Source: Octopus sinensis (taxonomy: Eukaryota). From it: DNA of 37,461 nt. The stretch is from contig NW_021836845.1 of the NCBI RefSeq assembly GCF_006345805.1, positions 1-37,461 on the forward strand. Reading direction: 5' to 3'. Each line of letters begins with the position of its first letter. The first letter of the stretch is position 1. The notes below the pieces were generated by a model. It worked only from the letters and a program-made list of their open reading frames with translations. It had not been told where the DNA came from and made no database searches. The position numbers were made by a program, and so were the translations under genes. Below, in pieces: positions 22,138-34,150 of this stretch.

Positions 22138-22179
<42 letters not shown>

Positions 22180-22200
22180 ACACACACACACACACACACA
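22138..22200. repeat. (CA)n microsatellite
   Basis: Read directly from the sequence. Confidence 0.95.
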
Positions 22201-22569
22201 TGAAGTGAGGTAGTGGGGAAGGGAAAAAAGAAAGGGGATGGTTAAATCTGTATATGCGCATATAAAACAGGAGGAAAAAAACAGAGTAGAGAGTTGAGAA
22301 GGTCATGGTTTTGGTGGAGAGAATAGGAGGAAGTGAACCAGATGTTGGGGTGTGGTTAAGAGATGTTGGAGGTGGTAGTATGTGGCCTTGACACCACTAA
22401 TATATTTAAGCAATTAATATGTATGTTTTAGATCTTGCATAATATATAACAGGAAATTCATCCCCTTACACACATGCATGCATGCATGCACAGGCACACA
22501 CACACATTATTTAAAATAGTTCAATTCAGCTCCATGCAGGCAAGGCACCTTAGTGCAAGTAAAAAAATG

Positions 22570-23170
22570 TCCATCTATTGAGCTGTTTGTGTATTCATCC
22601 TACTGTATGGGTCTGAGTTGTAGACCCTTTATCAGCTGCAGATCAGACAACTAGAAGTGCTCCTTATCAGATCGCTCCAAAGTATTCCTGGTTTCACATG
22701 GAAGGACAAATTACCTTATATCAAAATCCTCCTGTGAGTTGGGATCTACAGCATTAAGTCTTGCAACCGTTACTATCTTCTCTATTGGGTTGGCCATGTG
22801 ATTCAGATACTAGGTAACTGGCTCCCAAAGACATTCCTCTTCAGCAAGATTGAGACTAGAAGGAGGGCTCATGGATGTTCAAAACTGTTTTCATCATCAC
22901 CTCAAGCAGTCTCTCATTTTATGCTGTGTCCCCCACAAACAGTTGGAGATCCTAACTGTTAATTGGAAGGCACAGAGGTATGTGTGTGATACTGGATTAG
23001 AGCACTTTGAAACTGAATGTAGGAGACTGCATGGAAAGAGAAGACATTGTCATCAATTTCTTGTGGCTGTTGTTCAAGGTCACTTTCAATGCCCTCAGTG
23101 CCACAAGATCTATTTCATATTGGTCTTGTCAGCCATGTCCACTCATATGAGAAACAATGTACTGGAAGAA
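22570..23170 (+). mobile_element. Decayed C-terminal fragment of a second RTE lineage (BovB-like)
   Basis: Remnants of LLYGSE.W.LY...IRQLE, W.DK, W.GHV and CPQCHK. Confidence 0.55.
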
Positions 23171-23240
23171 GAGGAGGATGAATGCCTTAGATTACACTGT
23201 TATCACCCTTGATAGGTTGTCATGAGCAAGTAAGCATGTA

Positions 23241-24440
23241 TCATCATCATCATTGCTTAACGTCTGATTTCCATGCTGACATGGGTTGGACGATTTGACA
23301 TGGAGCTGAATAGCAGGGAGCTGTCCTGACTCCAGTTGTGTTGTAGCATAGTTTCTATGGCTGGATGGCTTTTCAAACGTCAACCACTTAACAAAGTGTG
23401 CTAGATGTTTATTACATGCCACTGTGTGTTTATGTAGCATCAGCATGGGTACATTTATGCAGCATTGGCTTAAATGCTTTTTATGTGGCACTAGCACCTG
23501 AAAGATGACCCTGTATGTATGGAAGTCAACAATTTTACTTACTTTGATGTGTTTTATTAAGTACAACAAATTGCTACGTCTCCTGGTCCCTTGTTATTTA
23601 TTCAATGAGGCTCAGTCGCTCAACACTTCTTTATGCAGTTGTCCTCATCCATACACATCACATAACGAAACCAGTGCTGTCTTCTCTCTTGCACACAACA
23701 TCTGATGCCTGTTATATCCAGTTTTCCTCTTAAGTCATTTACACTCTGTTGTGCATGTACACTGACATTACCCATCCAGTGGAGCATGCTGGCTTCATTT
23801 CTTTCAAGCTTTAGCAAGTCCTCCATAGTCGAAGCCCATGTTTCACTATCATGTAATATAGCTGTACATACACAGGCATCATACAATCTACCTTTCTCTG
23901 TGAGGAAGAGCTCCTTAGTTATGAACAAATGTAGAAGCTCTCTGAACTTTGCCCAGCCTGTTCTTATTCTAGCAACCACACTTTCAGAACTCCCTCCACC
24001 ACTGCTAACTTGTTCTCCTTGGTAACAGAAACTATCTACTACTTCTAATGACCCCTCTCCCTGCTCCCAAGCATTTGAAGGAGTGTATTGTCAGCACATT
24101 TTTAGTGCTCATTGTGATACATTTGCCACTCATTGTGATACATTTGCCACACATGAAGACTATATTCTCTATTAACCTTGCTGTGATACTGCTATACCTC
24201 TTATGTGTCCAAAGCTTGCACTGGGTACAATGTATGGAGTTTCTACTAACAGCCTTCTTACATATCAAGCAGAGCCATCTCACTGAAGTGACTTGTGAGT
24301 TATCTGTTTTCATAGTTACTAGGACTTTGGTTTTTGGTAAATTAGCTCTAAGGCCCTTAGATTCCAGGCCTTGTTTCCATACCTGAAATTTCTTCTCTAG
24401 TAGTGAGTGATTCAGTTATAAGACAGTGAGTCTTGAATTC
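23241..24440 (-). mobile_element. Degenerate RTE LINE, 5'-truncated, with 3' UTR and (GAT)n tail
   Basis: ORFs 24032-24313 and 23620-23979 (ARIRTGWAKFRELL...GRLYDACV); (tca)n at 23241. Confidence 0.88.
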
Positions 24441-24902
24441 CTGTTAAGCCCTGAAGGACTAAGATAAACAAGAGGGTGCTACACATACAAATACACATTC
24501 ATAGATATGTATATGCACAAATATACACATACGTGCACATAGAAACATGTGCATGTATGTATATATGTAGACATACCTGCATATGAAATAACGACACACA
24601 ATACCAATTGCAGTAATATATGGTAAGATTGGGGAAAAGAGTAATATGAGATAGTATGAAGTAAACAAAAAATTAAAATTAAGCATAATTAAGAATATTA
24701 AGAAAATTCAGAAAAATGATGAATAGAATGCAATCTGTAGAAAGATAAGGTGTAGTCCAAGATAATAAGCTAGAAATAAATCATTTCCTGAAGTAAGTTC
24801 TTTTACAGCTAACAATTTTCTTGGAAGTTCTTGAAAATAAATTTTATGTTTAAGTTAACCGCATTTGTTTAAGAAGTTTTTGCCTACCAAAGAATGAAAT
24901 TT

Positions 24903-24942
<40 letters not shown>

Positions 24943-24959
24943 AAAGTAAGATAGAGGTT

Positions 24960-25641
24960 ATGAAGGTAACCCACTGGGATATCAATTATCCAATATACTG
25001 TTGGTAAAGTACCCAAATTCTTAATACATAAATGTTTTTAATTGCAATGCAATTAATTCATTTATTGTATTAAATGGGTGAAGGTAAAAAAATATTTTTA
25101 CCGTAAATTTATAATACAAATAAGAAAATGGAGAAACAAATTCATCTCGTTCATCAACATACGGATATTACAATTTTACATTATTTATTAATTATTCAAA
25201 TGAGAACAACAAAAGCAAACAAGACATTATATAAATCAATAGATAATATAATAATAATAATAATACAAATACATATTTTAAAAGTCATATTATAAATTAT
25301 TGAAATTCATAAACTACTTCTTACAGCAGTTTCAGCCTATGGTCAAAAGTCAAACCAACTTATATTGCCTATAGATGTCAGTATATTATGGTTGTAGGCA
25401 TTAAAATTTATACTTATATGTTAAAAGAACCATAGGCCTCATCAGAGGATATAATTAACTTGAAAAGTATAATAATAATATTGATATACAAAACATGCTG
25501 CACTTATTATCTAATATATACAGATAAATAATAAACAAATATCCAAAATACACACATATATATATATAAATAAAATTAGAAAAAAAAACACCTTTTATCA
25601 ATTCAAAATGAACAATTAAATTACACCATCTAGAAAATTAC

Positions 25642-25650
<9 letters not shown>
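24960..25650 (-). mobile_element. AT-rich non-coding repeat carrying a minimal hammerhead, a candidate Penelope pLTR or derivative
   Basis: Contains the hammerhead motif at 25317-25450 and shares 50 bp, inverted, with 27050-27099. Boundaries are uncertain. Confidence 0.45.
25317..25450 (-). ncRNA. Minimal type I hammerhead motif with a large stem II loop
   Basis: Minus strand reads AUCCU-CUGAUGA-GGCCUAUGG-(87 nt)-CCAUAGGCU-GAAA-C-UGCU-G-UA-AGAAG. Stem II is 9 bp, stem III is a single C-G pair with a tetraloop, and the triplet is GUA. Stem I is weak. Confidence 0.7.
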
Positions 25651-25682
<32 letters not shown>

Positions 25683-25683
<1 letters not shown>

Positions 25684-26955
25684 AATTATTGGGTGCACCA
25701 CAACTTGTCAGAAAGTGCGTATAAAGTATATGCAGTAATGTACAAATGTCTGGAAAGTGAACAATGTATGAGTCAGATATATGCTTGTGTGTGTATGGAG
25801 GGGAGAAAATCAGGTGCAGTGTTGGCGAATCTCAGAAAGCATGGAAGTTTTGAAGGATGCAGTGCTCCGACAACTAACAACTGATGCCGGCAGTTTGTTC
25901 CATGCTTCAGCAACTCTCAGCGTCAAAAAATGTTTCCTAAAGTTATGGGAGCTGTGCTGTTTTCTGACTTTGTAAATATGTCCACGGGTGTTAGAAGGGT
26001 GGAGTTCGAAAAGGTGCTCAGAGTTATTGTTTGTAAGATGGTTGATAATTTTATGGATGTCAGCCAAATCAGCTGCCAGACGTTGGAGTTTCAATGTGTC
26101 CATGCCCAGGGAAGTAAGGCGTTCAGAATATGGCAAATGCCTGATGGAGGGTATTCTTTTAGTTGCACGTCACTGAACGGCTTCCAGACAATTGATATCC
26201 TGGGCAAGATAGGGGTTCCAGACCGGTGATGCAAATTCCAGGTGAGGTCTTACCATATAAAGCCGCAGATAGATAGTCGGAGAGCAGCTCACAAAGGACT
26301 TGGTGAGTGATGCCAAGACACCCTCAGCCTTCTTGACAATTTTAGCGATGTGTTTTGTCCAACGCAAATCACTGTCGACAATAACACCCAGGTCATGTTC
26401 ACACGAAGACTTTTTTAGATTAGTGTTGTGGAGGAAGTAGGTGGACGCTGGGTTTCTCCTCCCACAATGCATGGTGGTACATTTGTCCACAGCCAGCTTG
26501 AGTTGCCAGTCCATGATCCACTGCTGCATTGTGTCCAGGTCTGCTTGCAATAGAGATCTATAGTGTACAGGATCTGACCTCATTATTTCGAGGTACAGCT
26601 TGATGTCATCTGCATATTTCAGCACTGTGGCATTCTTTAAGTTGGCATCTATGTCATTAACATATGCAACAAATAAAAGGGGGCCAAGAACAGATCCCTG
26701 TGGTACACCAGATGTCATCTCATAGGGCGAAGAGTGCTGTCCTAGAACTGTGACAACCTCTTTTCAGCCGAAAATAAAGGACTTCAACCAGTTATAGAGT
26801 TCGTCTCTTACGCCCAACACAGAGAGTTTCACCATAAGTCTTTTGTGTGGCACAGAGTTAAAAGCCTTAGCAAAGTCCAGGTAAACAACATCCACCCAGG
26901 ATCCTCGATCAGTGATTTGGGTAACATCCTCAAGAAACTCGATGAGTTGTGCAAA
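25683..26955 (-). mobile_element. CR1-like LINE, 5'-truncated, with an (ATT)n tail at 25645-25682
   Basis: YLDFAKAFNSVPH, SGVPQGSVLGPLLF, YADD, RPHLEFASPVWNP and TRGH...F.T.RV..AWN.LP. Confidence 0.9.
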
Positions 26956-27196
26956 AAAATAATAATAAATTATATACATTTTTATTATTATTTTTTTTGC
27001 AATTTACTTAATCATTGACATTTTATTGTTATTTTAATTTTAATATTTCTATTATATGTAATTTTTTAGATGGTGTAATTTAATTGTTCATTTTGAATTT
27101 TTTATATATATATTATTTTATGTGAAATTTGATTTAGTATTTCTAAATTGAATTTTTTTCCTTGTAAGTTCGGATTTTATTCCCTCAAATAATAAT

Positions 27197-30100
27197 TCAT
27201 CATCATCATCATCATCGTTTAACGTCCGTTTTCCGCGCTAGCATGGGTTGGATGGTTCGACCGGGGTCTGGGAAGCCAGGGGCTGCACCAGGCTCCAGTC
27301 TGATCTGGCAGTGTTTCTACAGCTGGATGCCCTTCCTAACGCCAACCACTCCACGAGTGTAGTGGGTGCTTTTTATGTGCCACCGGCACAGGTATCACAA
27401 CTACTATTTCCATTGATATTTATTTCGATGTTCATGTACTTGACTCGATAGGTCTCCTCAAGCACAGCGGGATGTTCTGAAATCCAAGGTACTTTGAATG
27501 GGCAGGGGCTATGCGGAACTGGTGCAGGAAGCAGCCCGGGTCTTTGCAGTCACAGCATATCTCCAGAGATCTCAGTCCTTCATCATTGCCTCTGTGAGGC
27601 CCAACGCTCTGAGGTCATGCTTGACTACCTCATCCCATGTCTTCCTGGGTCTACTTCTCGCCCTGATACCTTCAATTGTTTGGGAGCGGCACTTCTTCAC
27701 ACATCTCTCTTCATCCATCTGCAGTACATGACATCTGATGCTTCTTATGTCCAGCAATTCTCTCAGGGTGCTTACACTCTGTCGTGTATGCACACTGACA
27801 TTACACATCCAGCGGATCATGCTAGCTTCATTTCTTTCAAGTCTACGCATGTCCTCTGCAGTCACAGCCTATGTTTCACTACCGTGAAGCATGGCAGTTC
27901 GTACACATGCATCATACAATCTACCTTTCACTCTGAGCGAGAGACCCTTTGTCGCCAGTAGGAGCTTTCTAAACTTTGCCCAGGCTATTCGTATTCTAGT
28001 GGTGACACTCTCTGAGCATCCACCTCCACTACTAACTTGGTCCCCCAGGTAGCGGAAACTATCAACTACTTCTAGTTTCTCCCCCTGGAGTGTGATGGAA
28101 TCTGTTTTCTGAGTATCTGTGGTGTCTGTTGTCCCTGTGCATCTGCCGCACATGAAAGCTATCTTATCAGTTAATTTCCCTTTGATGTTGCTACACCTCT
28201 TATGCATCCATAGCTTACACTGGGTACATCTTATGGAGTTTGTACCTACACCTTTCCTACAGATCGAGCAGGGCTACCTGCCTGAGGGTGTGTGTGCTGA
28301 GTTCGCCTTTCTGCTTACTATAACTTTGGTCTTTGCTACATTTACTCTAATCCTTGCTTCCACGCCCGAAATTTCTTTTCTAGTTCCGGTAGTGATTCTG
28401 CTATGAGAGCCAGGTCATCAGCATAGAGGAGCTCCCAGGGACAACCTGTTTTGAATTCCTCTGTTATTGCCTGGAGGACTATGATGAATAAAAAGGGACT
28501 GAGCCTTGGTGTACACCTACTTCTACCCGGAATTCTTCACTATATTCGTTGCCAATCCTAACCTTGCTGACAGCCTCTCTGTATGGGGTCTGTACAGCCC
28601 TTATTAGCCATTCGTTAATCTCTAGTTTCCGCATCGACCACCAGATAAGGGATTGGGGGACCCTGTCAAAGGCTTTCTCCAAGTCCACAAAAGCTATGTA
28701 GAGGGGTTTATCTTTAGCCAGGTACTTCTCCTGCAGTTGTCGGACCAGGAATATAGCATCAGTGGTGCTTCTACCAGCACAAAACCGAACTGCATCTCAT
28801 CTAAGCAAATTCTCTCCCTAATGAGATGGGTTATGACCCTCTCTGTGACCTTCATCACCTGATCCAACAGTTTAATACCCCTGTAGATATTTGTATCTAG
28901 AGCATCACCCTTACCCTTGTAGCAGTTGACTATGGTGCTGCTACGCCAGTCATTGGGTATGACTCCATTATGAACTACCTGGTTTACAATACGGGTGACT
29001 AGGCCATAGCCCACATAACCAGCTGTTTTAAGCATCTCAGCAGTGATTCTTGATGGGCCGGGGGCTTTACCTGGTTTCATACGCTTAATTGCCTTAACTA
29101 CAAGGGAGCTGTCTATTCGGATAGCTGGTCCCTCTACTGGGTCAACATTTGGCAGGCTCTCCTCCTCCCATTCATTCTCCACATTCAGCAGTCTTTCGTA
29201 ATGGCTTCTCCAAGCGTCTTTCTTTTCACCATCATTAAAAGCAAGTGCCCCATCATCCATGCGGACACATTTCTCTCCTGTAACATCACTATTTTCTCTC
29301 ACACACTGTCTAGCAATCCGAAATACCTCAGTTCTTTGGTCCTCACGTCGCTGGACATTGGCAAACTTCTTCTTTTCTGCTACATCTTTGGCTATGTATA
29401 CCTGCTGCCCAGCCTCCCTTTTGGCTACCTGGTACAGTTCCCTGCTACCCCCATCCCTCCAGGCTTTCCAGGCCTGTTTCTTTGCACTAATGGCTTTGTC
29501 TACTGTACTATTCCACCACCACGTAACTCTAGGTTTGGAAGGGACTTTGCACCATCCACAGACTTGGTCTGTGGCACTCAGCAAGCTGTCTCGTAGGAAT
29601 TTCCAGCTACCTTCTATGTCCGACGTCTGTAGCTCCTCCTCCCTCTCATCAAATTTCTTGATGAGGATGTCCCTAAATCTCTGACCATGTGAAGGGTTCT
29701 TTAGCTTCCAAATCCTTCTTTTCTGGATTGGTCTGATTCTTGGAATCCTTCTGGCCTCAAGCCTAAAGTCACTAATGATTAGCTTATGCTGAGGGGTACA
29801 TTCTTCACCCGGGAGGGTCTTTGTATTTAAGAGCAACCCTGCATCCCGCTGTCTGGTGAGGATGAAGTCTATTTGGCTAGCGGAGTCTCCTGACTGATAG
29901 GTTATAAGGTGGCAGTCAGGCTTCCTGAAGTTAGTGTTGCAGATTAAAAGGTTACATGCATCACAGAATTCCTGTAATCTAGTTCCCTCATCATTTCTGG
30001 TGCCAATACCATGGCCACCGTGTACCCCAGTGAAGATACCCGATTCCTGCCCAACATGCCCATTAAAGTCTCCACCCACAAAGATGAGGTCCTTGCCACT

Positions 30101-30358
30101 CGTCTTTGAGGTAGCCTGTAGAAGGGTATCATAAAAGTGGTCCTTCTGATCATTTGGTAGCCCCGCATGTGGGGCATAGGCGGAGATAATCGTAGCTGTG
30201 CTGTTCTGTAGGACTAACCTGAGCTTAAGCACTATCGCAAACCCTGACAACCTCTTTGACCTTATCCACCCATTTCTCCGCAAGGAGAATGCCTACACCC
30301 CCTACACCATCCATGTTACCTTGCCAGAAGACTTTATACCTATGTGCCTTGCCTGGTG
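27197..30358 (-). mobile_element. Near-full-length RTE LINE (APE endonuclease plus RT), frameshifted
   Basis: ORF 28694-30283 (ISAYAPH, GDFNGHVG, SQIDFIL, QHKL, then RT motifs) with downstream fragments 28479-28688, 28119-28406, 27869-28207 and 27572-27865. (cat)n tail at 27197. Confidence 0.95.
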
Positions 30359-30399
<41 letters not shown>

Positions 30400-30719
30400 A
30401 AAATATACAAATATACATACATATATATACATAAGCAAATCGTACATACTATTCACATGCGCAAAATACATCAAAGAACATCATTGAACAATATATTACA
30501 TTACATTGGGTATATCATGCGTCATATAGTAAAGTAAATACATTCTAATGTATATAGACTACCACGTTTAACAGTACCAACAGTATTATTGCTTTAACGA
30601 TAATCCTCAACAGATCATACATACTATATTCATGTTTACTAACATAACAAAAATTCACGATACAAGGTTCGAAATATAAATATTCACACATATACATATA
30701 TATATGTGCACAAACAAAG

Positions 30720-31640
30720 AATTTGCGGATGAGTATATTAATCAGACAAACATAATCTAGATATTACTTAACGCATCCACGTAACACGAACAAATTCAAT
30801 TTTAGAATCCAAACTATATGTCTAAGCTGGGTTAGGTCCACAATGTCGTTGTCTCTGTTATATGCATATTGAATTTATCTAGATATTATTTAATACATTC
30901 ATGTTATGCAAACAAATCCAACTATAGAATCCAGAAAGTAAATCCAAACTTTATGTCTAAGCTGAGCTTAATTCGCAATGTTTACGTTTACGTTATATGC
31001 ATATTAAAATTAATACATCCACGTATTCTAACAAATTCAATTTTAAAAACCAAAGTAGCAACTTTAAACTCCATGTCAAAGCTGAATTTAGTCCAAAAGT
31101 TTATGCTTATGTTTATGCATATTAAATATTTAAAAATATTTAAAATTATATTGGGGGTCAGGGAGCGGTCGTTTAAATCATTGGCTATTTCCAATTGGCT
31201 AATTCATTAGAACTTATCCGCCAGTCATGTAGTAAACAATAGAAGGTCAGATTATTAGTTAAAAAGAATCATATTAGTTTGAATTAGATCCACAATATTT
31301 ATGCTCCCGTTATATGTATATTAAAGTTTAAACATCCACATAACACTAACAAATTCCATTTTAAAATCCAGAAAAGTAAATTCCAAATTCTATGTTAAAT
31401 CTGAACTAAATCCACAAAGTTTATGCTTAACTTATGCATAATAAATATTTTAAAATATATTGGGGGTCAGGGATCGGTCATTTAAATCATTGGCTATTTA
31501 ATTTATGCATATTAAATATTTAGAAATATGTTTGGGGTTAGGGAGCGGTCACTTTAATTCATGATCTATTTCCAATTGGCTAATTCGCTTAAACGCATCT
31601 GTTAGGCCTGATTTAAAACAATATGGGGTCTGATTATTAG
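30720..31640. repeat. Degenerate composite tandem repeat (~120-bp AT-rich units plus three GC-rich motifs)
   Basis: aacaaatt/cc...atgtc.aagctg...tatgcatattaaa recurs at about 30789, 30909, 31030 and 31347. ttgggg(g)t(c/t)aggga(g/t)cggtc recurs at 31151, 31460 and 31532. Confidence 0.75.
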
Positions 31641-31804
31641 TTGAATAGATCATGTTAGTTTATCTAAACTAAATAAATTGTTAAATGAAAGTCCATTCAT
31701 TTATATGTTAAAACTTGGTCAGGTATTTACAAAAACAGACAACTATATCTTCAATCGTATTTTACACTTACAAAGTTTATTTATACTAACATCTCTCTCT
31801 CTCT

Positions 31805-32690
31805 TTACTCTTTTACTTGTTTCAGTCTAATAGAATAGTTCTCGTTTTCAATAGTAATGGATAGGCCGAAACTCTTCAAAAATTTATGCAATTGTTTCTT
31901 AAGTATTTCCAGTCTTCTGTTAGATAGATTCTTAACTAAAAATAAAGTGTCGTCTCTATAGAGGCTGCCATTCAATTCAGGGAATTCTCTACTTAAATTA
32001 TCTAATAAACAAATCCCTACTAAATCAGTCATTTCCGCTGAATCTGGTGAACCCATTGTAATGTCAAATAAGTCAGGCGTATCCTTCCTAGCCCATAATT
32101 TATTATCGAATTCTATAACTGTTTTTCTTGCCGTCAAAATTACCTTAATTTCTTTTATGCTAATGTTAGTGTATTTTCTAGCAAAAATTAAAGCTTTGTA
32201 TATTATTGGGTTAATTGATGAGTAATAATTTTGGATATCAAATTGGATAAATTTATGGTTACTACCATTATCAACCATTCCAATGCACCCTGTGTATTCT
32301 TCCATAAATTAAGCTTAATTTTATTTCTAATAATGGGTAAATATTTATCTAGGATTAATTTACTTAATTTTCCTCAGTCCGATTTATTTGGACAGATTAA
32401 TCTAACTTGTGTAATATTAGGCAAATTATCTTTCTGGTCTTTAATCGTTATTCGTGGTCTAATTGGAGTAAAAGGTTCAGTTTTATCTTCTAGATAATAA
32501 TTAAACATAATATTTTTAGCTTCCAAGTTCAATTTTCCAAGTGTATCAAAAGGTACAACCCTATATTTTTTTGTAATTTCTCTAAGTAATAACTCATGGT
32601 AAGTTTGAGTGTCAGCACCAGCGTATAATAATAGGAATAGAAAATGCTGCATTAATGAGATATTTTTATAATTAGGGCTAATTTACCGAT
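31805..32690 (-). mobile_element. Penelope-like element reverse transcriptase, decayed and 3'-truncated
   Basis: ITKKY...LNLEAK.I...ITIKDQK.N....RLICPNKS, FDIQNYYSSI, LFDITMGSPDSAEMTDLVG, LYRDD and GLSITIE. These match PLE RT signatures. No GIY-YIG domain is seen. Confidence 0.8.
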
Positions 32691-33279
32691 TCTTAACAAT
32701 TTTAAAGAACGTAATGTTCATGTCTTCATAAACTGTGGTATACTTTCTCTTGATACAAATAATACTTAGTATAAAATACCCTTTGAAATAGATACAAATT
32801 GTTGTTATGAGCTTTTTTACTTTATTATATTTAAGAGTACAAAATTGTTAAGGGTTATAGGCATATGGTTTTTGTATATCTGTATAAATGTATAATATAT
32901 GTATTTGTGTATGAATGTGTTTATATATTTTGATATAAGTATTTATTTGTGTGTACATATTTGTACTTTTTTTATATACTGGTACTTGATTGTAAATATA
33001 TCTTTATATTTATGTATATTGATATGTATTTACTTTTGCCTTTTAGTATCGTAGTTATGCACAAAGTATGAGTCAAAGTACTAAACATATTGAGGTCACT
33101 ATTGGATTTGTATATATTTAGATGCATATGTATATATATATGTGTTTATTTATTCATGTAGGTTTATTTGTGTGCATGCATATGGTAGTTTTAAGTATTA
33201 TTTGATGTTATCTTTCTTGTATGTTAGATATTATGTATAGACTTCAGTACACTTTTGTGTATGTGATGTTTGTACTGGT

Positions 33280-33488
33280 TTGTATGTAGGGGTATATATG
33301 TGTATATATCTGTTATGTATGTGTGTGTATATATTATATTATATATATATACACACAGATATATACACATATATGTATATATATATATATGTATATATAT
33401 ATCCAACCCCATCTCATTTTATAATATATATATATATATATTATATAATATATATGTATATATATATTATTATGTATAATATATAATG

Positions 33489-33520
<32 letters not shown>

Positions 33521-33586
33521 GTATATGTATATATATATATGTATATAATGTATATATATATATGTATATGTATATATATATATATG

Positions 33587-33617
<31 letters not shown>

Positions 33618-33959
33618 GTATATCTATATATGTATATATATGTATATATATATATGGTATATATATGTATATATATATATGTATATATATGTGATATATA
33701 TATAGTATATGTATATATATATATATATGTATTATATATATGTATATATGTATATATGTATATATATATATATGTATAATATATGTATATATGTATATTA
33801 TTATATATATGTATATATGTATATATGTATATATGTATATAAGTATATATGTTATATGTATATTGTATATATATATGTATATATGTATAATATATAATAT
33901 ATATATGTATATAGCATAATTATATGTATATATAATGTATATATATATGTATATATGTA

Positions 33960-34003
<44 letters not shown>

Positions 34004-34150
34004 AATTATATATCCCCCTCATTTTAATAATATATATATATAGTATGTATATATTATAGATATATATATTTTATATATATATGTATATATTATATATATA
34101 TGTATATATATATATGTATATATATGTATATATATATATATGTATATGAT
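33280..34150. repeat. ~870-bp (TA)n/(TATG)n low-complexity tract
   Basis: Read directly from the sequence. Confidence 0.95.

Noticed and set aside
24108-24149. In-frame 21-bp tandem duplication in a decayed RTE; similarly a 30-bp duplication at ~1943-2002
   Set aside because: Ordinary slippage in dead copies.
24874-24907. Possible 34-nt mini-exon (AG...GT)
   Set aside because: Weak sites, not frame-preserving, no SLC1 similarity; the donor GT is the start of a TA microsatellite.
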